The translations under genes and the position numbers were made by a program. From Phoronis australis (lineage: Eukaryota > Animalia > Phoronida), in the NCBI GenBank assembly GCA_002633005.1, contig NMRA01000018.1, positions 1,499,531 through 1,563,530 on the forward strand: a DNA stretch of 64,000 nt, read 5' to 3'. The notes below the pieces were generated by a model. The model was not told the origin of the DNA. It saw only the letters and a list, made by a program, of their open reading frames with translations, and made no database searches. Of this stretch, positions 48,898 through 60,858 are shown one piece after another. Each line of letters opens with the position of its first letter. Position 1 is the stretch's first letter.

Positions 48898-51800
48898 GTA
48901 AGTTTAGAGAGTGACTGTACTATTTATATTTTGTATTTTCATTTTTATAAGTGAAATTCATGTGATGAAACCAAACAGTGCAAAGCTAATATACGCCCAG
49001 TAGTCATAGATAGGGAAATTTTTCCCAAGCTACATATTTAAGGAAAAGTATGGGTAGTTGTATCCTGAAACTTCTCCCATTTTCACAGCAAATGAACAAC
49101 AAAACAACATTTTCAATCCCAAACTCTTCTTTGCAGTCTCTCACGTAACAGTGTTTCGTACATGTGTTTATTTTGGCTGATGCACCATAAAATCAAGGAG
49201 CAACAATATAAAATACCATTGAGTGAAATTTGACTGATCTGGTACAAAACGGTTGGCGTCGATGTGCATTCACTTTATCATTAATTACTTAATTCATGAA
49301 TGTTATTGAAAATAGACAAAAGACACACAAAAACGCCCTGTTTAAAGCATATATAGACATAAGGAACACCAAACTATACCAATATGTGAAGCTTAGGTAC
49401 ATGTACTTATTCGCAAAACACGTGCAAATTTTTTCATGAAAAAACACATTGTTACAGATATTGTTACATTTAAAGTTACAGTTAATTGGATCACGTTGAC
49501 AACCTGTTGGCTGCTCTTTGTTAAATTCACACACTGCCAGTTGGCAATGCTTAGTTACTCAGTTAATTTGAACACCCATCAACTACAAAGTGTTATTTTC
49601 AGTTCATGTTACACACCCCAGTTATCAGGAAAATATATTAATTTATTTTGTAGAGGATGAATATCACTTCCTGTTAATCTGCAAGGGATATTATGAACTT
49701 AGGTCACGTTTTATGAAAGAAATTCAGTGGAAGCACCCAACTCAAAAATCCTGTATATGCCTGTTAGCTAAAGTAGATATGTCTATATATATGTCTAAAT
49801 ATGTGTATTCTGCCCTTAATAGAAGAGAACAACTTACTCTTAAATGGGATGACTGCGTGTGTAAATGTGCCTAATGTATGTTGATTTTGTGCCAAACAAG
49901 TGGTGAGTTGTCGTAAATATTTTACAAACTTGGATTTTGTTTTGTTTTGCTATTCCAGCTGGACACGCCACTTGTACATTTACCACTGTCTTGTCAGGAT
50001 TTCTTGGTGCGGAATCTGTTGAGCACAGCGAAGATATCCTTGCCGAAATTGCTCGGGTTTTGAAACCAAAAGGCAAAGTGGTTGTTAGAACGTCGAAAAG
50101 TGAAGAACAGAAGCTGTTGTCAAAGCTGAGACTGGCTGGCTTTGTGGATGTGTCCGCGGTAAGCATTGTTGTACCAATTCCCATGCTAAATTAAACGATT
50201 CTGGTTATTATGTATAAAAGATACCATGTTAAAGGAATGCAAAAGAATTTTGAATCATTGCTTCTGGAACTGTTAAGGCAATCTTTTTTCAAACGCGACT
50301 TTCTTATTTAGTCTCAAAGTGATTGGATGGAGCCGCACGTTTTTTATATCCACTTATAAGGCCATAAAGAAGGATTTGTAAAAAATCTTTACCTTGCCCT
50401 AAAATATTTACAGTTATGTATTACTTTTTCGTTTGCTCATACGGTGGTTTCTCAATTAGCATTTTTCCCATGTGGAAGTTTGATCATCTGCGTTAATCCT
50501 GTCTCCTCGCAAGTAATTTCTGCATATTTTCACCATTAATACAAGGAAGCAGATTGCATGCATCCTATTTAAGATTTCTGCTGAGCTTTTGATGAAAATT
50601 CAGAAGCACCGTTAATTTTGTGTGGTCGGGTTGCAATGGACAGATGTGACACAAATTCAAACGTCCAGGCTTCAATTTTAGAATTTGAGACAAGACTTTC
50701 ACCAGCAAAATGCTTTAGCTAATACTTTTTCTATTTTGGGTGTTTATTATTAGTTGCTTGTTGGGAGATTAATTTTTCTTGTAAATGTTATGCTTATTGT
50801 AGCTCTGATTCATTAGCAAAAGCTACTGTCATAAAGCTCCTCTTAGAAACTGTCCATAGAGTTGATGCTTGGCAAAAGCAATTTTTTACTGCTTGTCTGT
50901 TAGTTGTCTAACTGAGGTTATGTCTGAGCGTGGGACCACGAAATTTTGCTCAAAACTTGACTCGGAATCTGACCAATCCTGTAGAATGCTTCCAGTGATC
51001 TTTTGAATTTCAATCAATGTGATTGTTCTATGTTCGGTTTTAGTCTCGAATAAAATTTTCTTAAACCCTGTAAGGTGTCTGAAACTGATAAACGCCTGGG
51101 CTTATGCTGGAAGGGTTATGGTACTTTAAGAGTTATAATTTTGGCAATAGACGGGTTAGATCCAGCTGCCAAAGCAGTGTGCTCGTCTTGAATCACACGC
51201 GCTTTATTGTAACCAATTTCAATTTAAATAAAGGACAAGAATGCGATGTGCAAAATAGCTGTGAAATGGTTTGTTTTTCACACAAGCACATGGTTTATAT
51301 CATGTTTAACTTTAACAGTTTTTTATTACACATCTGCTAATATGTTCTAGCCTGTGGCTGTCGATGACTCCAGTGTGCAGTTGGCAGCCTGCAAACCTGC
51401 CTACGAAGTTGGAAGTAGTGTACGTCTGCTCTCCTTACCACCGAAAAAAGGTGAGCTTTACTGGCTTAATCCTAGTTTGAGGTTGCCGAATTTTATGGTT
51501 GTATTGAGTGGATCGAAATGCAGGTATTACGAAAGATTCTTGAGACTTAGTCAAAACCGTGTTCAGTTTTCCAGCTGTGCATCAAGCTGTGATAATATTG
51601 AACGACGTGTTGCTAAGGTTGCTATGGATACTGTCATATCAGGATAGTTCTTATTGTGACTTTGAAAACGGGAGAGAAAGGAGTGGTTACCGACTAAGCT
51701 TTGTGCAATCTGAGTAAGAACCCCGTACTTGGACAGTGTCGCATTTGAAGCATGTTTGTGGTGCCTGTTTCCAGCAGTCCCCAACATGTTTCATTTAGGT

Positions 51801-52993
51801 GCTAAGGCAGGCCTAGGTGTTCTGAGAGAACAAGTGTGCACTAAGATAGATGGCTCAAGTTGTCCAAGGAGAAGTAATGCATCTGTCACCAAGAAAGTGA
51901 CATCAGAAGTGTAGAGGATGTGACACCATGTCTGCACCTTTGGCAAACGCAGTATACAAACATAATGGACATTAAATATTTGTTGAAGCATATCGTTATT
52001 GGGTTAAATATCATTGGATTTACATATTAAATTGTCCTTCTGCTTAACTTGGGGAAAAAGAACCATTATATGGTCGTTCTAGTTCACACACTTGATCTGA
52101 TTTCCCCTTACCCGAATAATCTGCTGGAATGCAAAAAAGACAGTTTCACTGTACTTAAATTGAAGTTTGACACGTTGTAGTAACGTTCCACATAAAAGTG
52201 TGCACTCCTTGGAGTTTGCTTTTTCCACCATGGGATGTCACTAAATTTTCAGATACCAAGGTGGACTCTAACATAGCTCAAGTCTGGTCCCTGTCAGCTA
52301 GCGACATGCTTGATGACGGTGTCGAGCTGATGGACTCTGATGACTTATTGAACGAGGACGATTTAAAAAAGCCTGACCCATCCACATTAAGAGGTGAGTT
52401 TGAAATTAAATGGCGTGGCCACTCGTTTTGGTCGTGTGATTTTTGGTTGCTGTACCATCATGAACAAGCACTAATGTCAAGCTTCACTTCACGTTTGAAG
52501 TTAAGTGGCCAATGTGAACAAAAATTTGGAGTTGTCAAGTTCATAGGTGAATCAGCACATAGTATTTGTTTGTACAAACGAAAGCTAACATGATTGGTGG
52601 CACCTTCAGTGCAATAAAAGTGCTGTTGGTCTTGATGTTGAGTTACTGATTCTTATCGTTGGATGAGTACTTTATCTAGCTTTAGAATGGTTTACTTCTG
52701 GAGATTTGAAATGTGTTCTCCCATTGTAAGGTTTACCCCTTCATTTCTACTCTATGTCAGGGATTTCTGGCTGACAATTGACTGTCTTTTATACATTGAA
52801 AATTCCATATCCGAAGCCTGTTGAGTTGGTAAGTTTGCTTTAATTGTTATTATTTGTCTTTGTGAAATGTTTAGACTGTGGTCCGGGTAAAAAGAAAAAG
52901 GCTTGCAAAAACTGCACGTGTGGCTTGGCTGAAGAGGAGCAGGCGGGCTCAAAGAAAACTCAATCAGAGGAACCCAAGTCTGCTTGTGGAAAC
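48747..52993 (+). CDS. CIAPIN1: Anamorsin / CIAPIN1 (Dre2) cytosolic Fe-S assembly factor; 5 coding exons, terminal exon not found
   Basis: Exons 48747-48897, 49959-50158, 51351-51450, 52253-52393 and 52875-52993 join in phase. Motifs: [57 protein letters not shown] and C-x7-C-x2-C-x-C ([20 protein letters not shown]). It ends at PKSACGN|gtgagt. Confidence 0.93.
49649..49835 (+). mobile_element. 3' relic of a non-LTR retrotransposon (LINE ORF2 C-terminus)
   Basis: Reads [22 protein letters not shown], the EDE.HF...C..Y..LR motif typical of the ORF2 end of CR1/L2-group and RTE-X-like LINEs. Confidence 0.65.
49959..50158 (+). CDS. CIAPIN1: CIAPIN1 coding exon 2
   Basis: Methyltransferase-like fold segment [31 protein letters not shown]...LRLAGFV, bounded by ttccag and gtaagc. 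Confidence 0.92.
51351..51450 (+). CDS. CIAPIN1: CIAPIN1 coding exon 3
   Basis: Reads [29 protein letters not shown], bounded by ttctag and gtgagc. Confidence 0.9.
52253..52393 (+). CDS. CIAPIN1: CIAPIN1 coding exon 4
   Basis: Reads [37 protein letters not shown], bounded by ttttcag and gtgagt. Confidence 0.93.
52875..52993 (+). CDS. CIAPIN1: CIAPIN1 coding exon 5 (first Fe-S binding motif)
   Basis: Reads [23 protein letters not shown]...PKSACGN, bounded by tttag and gtgagt. Confidence 0.93.
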
Positions 52994-53679
52994 GTGAGTC
53001 TGTCACTAGTTGAACAACTAACTGTAATGTATCTGTAGTACTGGGGTCCATCTGGGATCCATTTGTAAAACTTCTTATTTCCATAGGTTTAAATTTATGT
53101 TTACCTCGAAAAACGTATTTTCTTGTTGCATGCGATTTTAATGCTTTTGTTGGTGGTGGTTTGTGTGTACATTCATTTAATAAACAAACTATTTTTATCA
53201 CTAAGAATCTTGAGTTTTGAATAACATTGTCGTAGGTTTCCCTTGCATTTCAAATGTGGCACATGTGATTGATTTAATTTAATTTTGCACACAAAAAGTC
53301 AAAACACAAAATAAGACATGGTCAGTCTTCTTGTTTTATACTGTTATTCAGTGCTTGGAATGGAGCTTGTAGGTCTTATTATGGATTAATAAGTGGTTTT
53401 ATTCTTATATTCTTCTTATGATGTTCGTCGTTTTTGACCTTCCAAAAACGGCTCTCTGTATAGCTTTAATTGCTGCACGCATTGTTTAACACTGGCAAAG
53501 TGAGCTGCAATGACATGTGTCATCGTTGTCTTTTAGAATAAAGGTCATGTGAAACTGGGCTCTGATATTGAATGTAGTTTTTGTTATGCCCAAAAACTCA
53601 GCATCAAAAAAGTTCCTTTTTATGCACCCACATATTTACATATGAGTGCATATTGTCGTCTTCTCTGTCTGGTCATCCG

Positions 53680-54485
53680 GCGTCAGCAGCTGTATCTCCG
53701 AAATCCCTTGCAGGATCTTATTGGAAATTTGGCAGACTGATTCGAATACTGCTGTGCCCCCTAGTGGCAATTTTAGTTTTTTATGTTCGCCTCCATATCT
53801 TCGGCATTCCTTGATGGATTTTCATGAAATTCGGCAAGTAGGTTTTCATTAAAAACATGATGCCATTCCATATTCGAACAGATTCAACGGATTTTACACC
53901 AGCATTTTTTATCTCTATCTGCCATACCGCTTGATAGATCATTACGAAAAATTACAGATGTGTTCCTGATGAGAAGGCCACGACTGATGTTGATTTTCAA
54001 ACAAGTCTGACTGCAGTGTCGCCCCCTAGTGGCATTTTTGCGTCTGCAGCCGTATCTCCTTAACCCTTTAAAGAAACTTTGTGAATTTTGAAAGATGTTT
54101 TCCTGTGGAGCAGACGACAAATGGTAATGAATGTCTAACTGATCCAACCGCTGTAGCAAAAACATTTTCTTACATTTTTGCCTCTGTATATTAGGAGTTC
54201 ATTAATTTTATGCATTTTCAAGAAATTTGGCAAATAGGTTTCGATTAAGGAGACGACAAGGTCTTCCCATTTTCGAACACATTTGATTATTCTGAGCCGT
54301 GTAGTGGCCATTTTTTTTCATGTTTGTGTCCGTTTTCTTGTGACTGCCTCCCTATCTGCCATACCGCATAAAGGATCAGTATAAAAATATACAGATTTGT
54401 TCCCAATAAGAAGACAACGACTGACGTTGACTTTCAGGTGAGTCTGACTACTGTGTCATCTCTTAGTGGCAATTTTGTTTTTTAC
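53680..54485. repeat. Element with diverged internal ~130-bp direct repeats (Helentron/HINE-like organisation)
   Basis: 53913-54040 and 54352-54480 are diverged copies. GCCCCCTAGTGGC occurs at 53756 and 54021, with a variant near 54460. Confidence 0.55.
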
Positions 54486-54629
54486 AGTCTATGCATGTAA
54501 CCAGTTAGTTCTACTTTTGATACTCTCTGCAAGGCTAACTGTGTAGTCTTGTGGTTGTATACAGGACATTCTGCTAGTGGTAGTCTGGATATTCCCAAAT
54601 TGGTGGCTTGTAGTAATGTTATTTGTTGT

Positions 54630-56960
54630 TCTTCAGTGCATTACACCAGTCATGACAGACAAGCATGAGTGGACTGATCCACTGACAACTGCCAGCACTT
54701 TCAACTTGTATAGCAGGGAGTTACTAGAAGGTGCTGAAGAGGACAAATGAATTGAGAAGGGGTCATCTGACCATGATGCATTCAAAAGAACCCAACATTG
54801 CTGAAGAATGCTTCGCCATCAACAGCAGGTACCTATTCTAGCTTTGGATAATGGCACATTATAGCATTCTGTAATGTTAACAGCAACAGAAAGTGTATTG
54901 TTTTTACCAAGGAGCAGCCAATTACCATCTAACGTTAACATGGATTTGATTTTATGTTGTAGAACAAGAGATGTGTTGGGAATTTTCAACCTGCTGATTC
55001 TTATGTACTCTGGCAAGCGTTTTGCTACTCTCAATGCCTTGTGTAACGGCTTACCAGAATTCTGCTAGCTATCAAGGATCAAAGCAGGCCAGTTCTGGAA
55101 GATGAAGCTGGCAATGCAAGGTAATTAATAAAGCTGCGCCAAACATGCAATTTGACTAATGGTTTGGCCACGACTCAGTATTCAAGAGGGGTTTAAAACT
55201 AAATTCTAAGTGGCCATTAGCGGGGTAGTGCTAAAATGAGTGATAATTTAGGACCCTGCTACAGAAAAGGGGCAAACACAAAATTGAGATGAGAAGACGT
55301 GGGAAGGCCTTTTCTGCAATGAACAAGCCATGCCATGTCCTGTTATGTCCCCAAGGCTACATCAGTGCAGCTTATGACAAAAAGACCACCTGCAATGCTT
55401 ACAAGAAAGTTGAATTTGATTGTTCCTTAAATGGGAGATGATTTAAATAACCAAAAATTGTGACATATGAATTAAAAATGTCCGAGTGTGCTCCACCATG
55501 TCCTGTGTGGGTGTACATTGTGTGTTTATTTTCATCCATGCAATGTTTCCTTGTCCATACCTATGTCGCATGATATCTCAAGAACTGCAGTTCTGTAGTG
55601 GGGCGTAGGCGCACGTAGGCGCAGCCAACCACCTTTTGGCATTTGAAGGTAGCGCTTACACACCGTACAGTGCTCAAGGTGATACGGTGGGCTTTGGGCA
55701 CCTACTTACCACAAATTTTACCACTTCAGCACTGCTCAAGAAGGAAGTTTTGTTTGTAATTTGTGCTGAAGTTAAGATGACAGCCTTGACATTGAATTCA
55801 CGGTCACATTTAGAAAATCAAGATTTTACTTGGAAAACATTTGCCCATGCAATTTTGTGTATTTACACAAAGGTGTAGGTGGCCTATCTCCAGGTGTTAG
55901 TCACATACTGAAGGTCACAATATGCAATTACATAGCCCTGAATGCCGCATCTACCCCAGCAACCAACCAAGGGGTTACATGTTGCATAAGGTCACTGTAG
56001 CATTTTCATTTCATTGACCTAATAGACATGAAAATACATCAGTTATTTTTGTGTTCACAAAGGATGAGAGAGGCTTTCATTAAGATTGGTTTCAAAATCA
56101 TTACCATTTAAAATTATGAAAGCCTTGAAAACTATCACATCCTGATAGGCATAGCAGTGACACAGCTTTGAACATTGGGTGGCCTTCGGTCTTGGGCGGC
56201 AGCCCCAGGTGCAGGCCTTCATCTAGGTGGCATCTAGGGTGTCCAACTACACAACCCAACATAAATTTAGACACATTAGGTAGGTTGCCCTATTTAGCTT
56301 TTGGACGCCCAAGTAAAGTGTACCATTTTTAGCTAACAACAGCCCTGGAAGTTAACTGTCCTGGCCGAATAAGAAAGGTAAGACATGGTGTAAGATGGGA
56401 TAGACTTTATTACAGACCACAGTAACATTCCACACCATAACAGCGATTTGACTTAAGGCCATAGAAATAGTCAAGAGTCATTGGTCATGGATGCCTTCAT
56501 CAATTAGAAAACTCATTTTGAACGCCCTATTCTTTAAATCGTGTATGAACCACCTGCTAAATGCTAATATGCGGTGGGGAACAATTCAGCCACCCTGTGA
56601 CAAATGCTGTTATGTGTATTGTTTTCTCTTCTTGAAATGTGTGAAACTCTAATCACTTAATTAACTATATGTAGTATATTTTTATATTTTGAATTACGAA
56701 AACATGTTATCCAGCGTTTGAAACGACTTCGAAAAAGTTTCTAAAACACTGAAAGAGGTGCATAATGTACTAATTGTTTGTAGAGTTTCATATGTTTCAC
56801 TCTTCATGTTTCAGGCTAAATCAATGCTGCTGCATTCATTTTCGTGTCTGGCAATGACATTGAAACAATTGTTTTTCTTTCTAGGGGAGCAACTTATCTT
56901 CAACAAGAAGAGCAGGAGATGGTTGTCCATTCCGGTGAAGGCTTCTAAGAGCTATGACGA
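54630..56960 (+). pseudogene. Decayed, fragmented Kolobok-like DNA transposase
   Basis: Colinear fragments MTDKHEW...EDK*IEKGSSDHDAFK (54652-54786), RTRDVLGIFNLLILMYSGKRFA (54961-55026) and GEQLIFNKKSRRWLSIPVKASKSYD (~56884-56958). These resemble motifs I recall from Kolobok transposases; stops and interruptions are present. Confidence 0.6.
55588..55734 (+). mobile_element. ~150-bp hAT-like MITE (family D), second copy
   Basis: CAGTTCTGTAGTGG...CCACTTCAGCACTG. It shares gcagccaaccaccttttggcatttgaa and cagtgctcaaggtgatac with 29636-29791. Confidence 0.7.
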
Positions 56961-59660
56961 GCTGATGATTGTGAAAACCCGGTTAAAAGACATGTCAGAC
57001 ATGCACTGCCTCCATGAACATAAAAGCAAAATGACTCCCGCTTGTTGTCTGACAACATTGCCGTCTTCGAATGATTGCCATCAGTAGAAGTCAATGCATC
57101 AAAGAAGCTGCCTGACAAAGGTTATTTAAAATGATATGGCAACTGGGTGTTATTCAGTCATGTGCCCTAGTTTGTTGCAGAGGGTCATCTGGTACTTCAG
57201 TTTGGTTTATAGTCAGGATACATCCAGTTATACAGAAGTTAACATGTTCAGTCAGGCCGTCGACCTTCAAACTCTGCCATGGGCAGTATATGTAGTGTCA
57301 ATTCGGAAACTGTCAAGGCTTGTAATTTTCCTCTTTTAAGAGGATTTATTCTCTTTGGTTTCGATTTTCTCTTTATTATATTTCCAATTTCCTCTTTATT
57401 TCTCTTTTTGATCATTATTTTGACTTCTATACCAAAAATCTCTATCAAAGACCCTAGTATTAATTTGTGGAATGATACATCACCTGTCATTCATCATTCC
57501 AAGCCCTGAACCTTAACTTTGTGCAAACAATTTCTTTATGGAGCGTTTGGTTTACAGAGATACTTTCTACATAGTGGGTAAGATACAACTGGTAATACCA
57601 GTTTAACTTGTATTACCATTAGATAGTTTTCTTGATTCTTAACTATTTTCTCAGCCAAATGTGTAGTCAGTGGTTTGTCTTCAGGTGGGTCATAGAGAGG
57701 CGGATATTTGTATACAAGGGTCACCATAAAGCTTCTGTGTTACGTAAAATTATGTTTTACTGCTTAGGCAATTCACATTCATATTAAAACCTGCATTTAG
57801 AAATCTTGAATTTGAGAGTGATTGTGTTGAACATTACAATATATATTTTGAATGGCTATGCTGTTGGGTTAGAGGTTGTGCTTGTAAGTAAGGTGTGTTA
57901 CATGAGTAGCAGATTACTCGCGATTGGTCATTGCAAAAGCTATGGAACTTTAAATCAGAAAATGTTGCAACTTCTGATTATGGGCCAAACAACCAGGAGA
58001 CTATGTCTGTTGAAAGGATATCTTGTTTTGTTAATTTTGTCCAATCATCTTTCTGTAACCTGCTAATGCATCATTGGCGTAAATCAGGAAAGACAAAAGC
58101 AGGAATCAACTAAAAACTCATACCCCTATCTCACAAATTAGACATTATGTTCCTTGGTCAGTGGCCTTTCCCACAGTTGCATACAATTTGCTAAAAGCGT
58201 ACGTCATGCTTTTACTGTCTAGGAGACAAATTTTCCTCCAAGTTTTGAGGGTTTTCGATGGTTACAGAGCATTAATTTGTTGCAGAGAACTGGATGGGAA
58301 GTCGATTTTAGTATTTTACATTATTTTGAAAAGTTAATCCATTACTGGTTTTTCGAAATTGGGGCTGTTGCCCTACATGACGGTAACTAATTTAAGAATG
58401 CTCTAGGTTCTTGTTGCAAGTCAAAATCCAAATGGACTTTTTATACAAAACTAAGAAATAAAAAGTTTACTCTGACAGTTGTGCTTTCATCTCACAAAGT
58501 AACAATTGTGCACAACCAGGTTTCAGTGCTCAGCAACAATTGTTGAGTAGCTTATATGTCCCAATAAAGTCTGTGAATAATTTTGTCCAAACACAACTGT
58601 GCAACTCTGTCCACATGTCTCCCAAGATGTCCATGTTGCCCCAAGATAAAGTTTCTGTATGTCTGATGTCAGTTAGACGCATTCTGATCAGTCTCTGGCT
58701 TCAGTGTCATCACATTTCGTTGCAGCTTGTCTAAGGCAAGTACACCTTCTCCAGGCAAAACACTTGGAAATCCTGAAAGCATTGGTAAAATATATTATCG
58801 TGCGGTTTCGCATTACTGTAGATTTGATAAGGAACATTTGTCTCTTGTAAATTATATAAAAGAGCAACTGGTTGATTGGGGTTGGACAATCAAAACGAAT
58901 AGAATTATTTTCATTATTGCAGACTGAACTCACCAATACTTTTGTAAATTGACATTTGGTTGGTTTTGGATGGGATTTGCTACTGAGATTTGATTTGAGT
59001 TCTTGGCCAAAGATTTGTTTTTCTTCAAAAAGTGATTTGAATTGTGTGGCTGTATATCTGTTTAAACCAATTGATGACTCAAAACTAAAGTAGCTATAGG
59101 AGTCTTTGAGGTCCTGGTGACATTAATATGAATCACCTTAAAAATGAAAGAGAGCAGACCAAAAAAGTACTAATAACAATTTTCTAAAATGTTTCCCACT
59201 GATATATGTAGTCAATACTAAAAACTTTGTAGTGATTATATTTTTAGACAACGGTTTAGTGAATACTTACAGGTAATAGTGAAACGCAATTAGCAGATTG
59301 CTTCCCACAGCACACTTTTATTTCTGGTTGGCATTTCTTGACACCTGTGACACGGGCACCATAATGGATCTTCTGATGGTGCTAGGTAATGATTCAGTGA
59401 AGTGACCACTGGTAGCCTAAATTCTAGACTCGGGGGTCTTGCTTGGCGACATCCAACATTAGGTCTCTCAATTCCTTCTTTTATTCATGCGACTGATTCG
59501 ACTCTAAAGTGAGAGTAATTCAGTGACAACATTCACAGTAATGAGAACAATTTTTATAACTTTTGTTTGTATTGTTGTAGGATATATTTGCCAACAAGTA
59601 CAAAGACAACCACTGTATGACTGTCAGATTGGAAATCATCTACTGGTTTAGGATTGATTC

Positions 59661-60003
59661 ATAGGCGGATTTAGGGGGGGTCTGCCCCCCCCCCTTGGCT
59701 GCCGCAAANAACCCATGCAGTCCTAGGGCCTGGAAATTGAACATCACAGTGACTGTCACGCAGGAAACTTATTTNCTTGGCTGCCGCAAAAGAAGCAAAA
59801 CGGCAAGAGCGCGAGGAAATATTGACTCCACTAATTAATCTCGGTACTTAACATGTTTTTTTAGTCCACTGTTAGCTTTGTAGTGCGAGGACCAGAAATT
59901 CGAGCAACCCAATTTTTCGGGCTAGGTCCTCGCATTCAATCGTAAACCACACTTGCCCAAGACAAAATGTTGCCCCCCCTTATGGTATCCTCGATCCACC
60001 AAT
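59661..60003. mobile_element. hAT-like MITE (family E), copy 2, broken by N junctions
   Basis: GGCGGATTTAGGGGGGG..CCCCCCCTTGGCTGCCGCAAA ... GCCCCCCCTT..CTCGATCCACC. Confidence 0.55.
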
Positions 60004-60378
60004 ATAATTTAGAGATGCAGCCAAGGAATGGTTTCTACCCCATGCACTAGGTCCAGAGCTCTATAATTGCAAACCCATGCACGGTCCCAGGGCCTGGAAA
60101 TTGAACAGCACAGTGTCACGCAGGAAACTTATTTTTCGTAAGCAACTGATATCGTGCACTTCCGAGTTGTACATAATCTCCCAGAAGAGAAAACGTTTAC
60201 AACCAAGCTCGACGAATTCATGAATCACTAAGACTCGATTGCAGGTTTACAATTGAACACAACTCACGAGGCTGTGGGAGTGTAGCTTATTATGTAATAT
60301 AGACAAGTAGTAAGTACACGCGGATACGTCGACTTCGAATGACTCCGGATAGCGACAGAAATAGTTGAGAGAACCGAG

Positions 60379-60858
60379 GTTCAGAACAAATTAATCTTGT
60401 TGTTTACGAGTAAGAATCAAGCTGTGGTTTCCAAATGTTTGTACATTCTGATTTCTTGTTTAGCTGGCAAGAAGTCCCAAAACACCTAACTCACCTCGAC
60501 CGCTTGTGCTTGACATGTTTCTCTTCCGTCAGCTGATTCGTGTGCATTATGGGTAATCTCTCCACTGGCAACCCCGCATAAATAATGAGGTTTGGCTGAA
60601 GGTCCGCCCACTTTTTANGTTCAGAACAAATTAATCTTGTTGTTTACGAGTAAGAATCAAGCTGTGATTTCCAAATGTTTGTACATTCTGATTTCTTGTT
60701 TAGCTGGCAAGAAGTCCCAAAACACCTAACTCACCTCGACCGCTTGTGCTTGACATGTTTCTCTTCCGTCAGCTGATTCGTGTGCATTATGGGTAATCTC
60801 TCCACTGGCAACCCCGCATAAATAATGAGGTTTGGCTGAAGGTCCGCCCACTTTTTAT
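60379..60858. repeat. ~240-bp tandem duplication around a single N (60618); probable assembly overlap
   Basis: 60379-60617 and 60619-60858 differ at one visible position. Confidence 0.9.

Noticed and set aside
54637-54750. Genuine alternative last exon of CIAPIN1
   Set aside because: It is better explained as a Kolobok-like transposase fragment whose stop is a TGG-to-TGA change. Kept only as a cryptic-splicing possibility.
55540-55570. CPYL as the missing anamorsin terminal exon
   Set aside because: It lacks CYLGDAFRC and G.PAFKPG, and sits in repeat-like sequence.
57248-57727. Minus-strand ORFs of 63-80 aa
   Set aside because: No recognisable domain or splice framework; possibly decayed mobile DNA, but unsupported.
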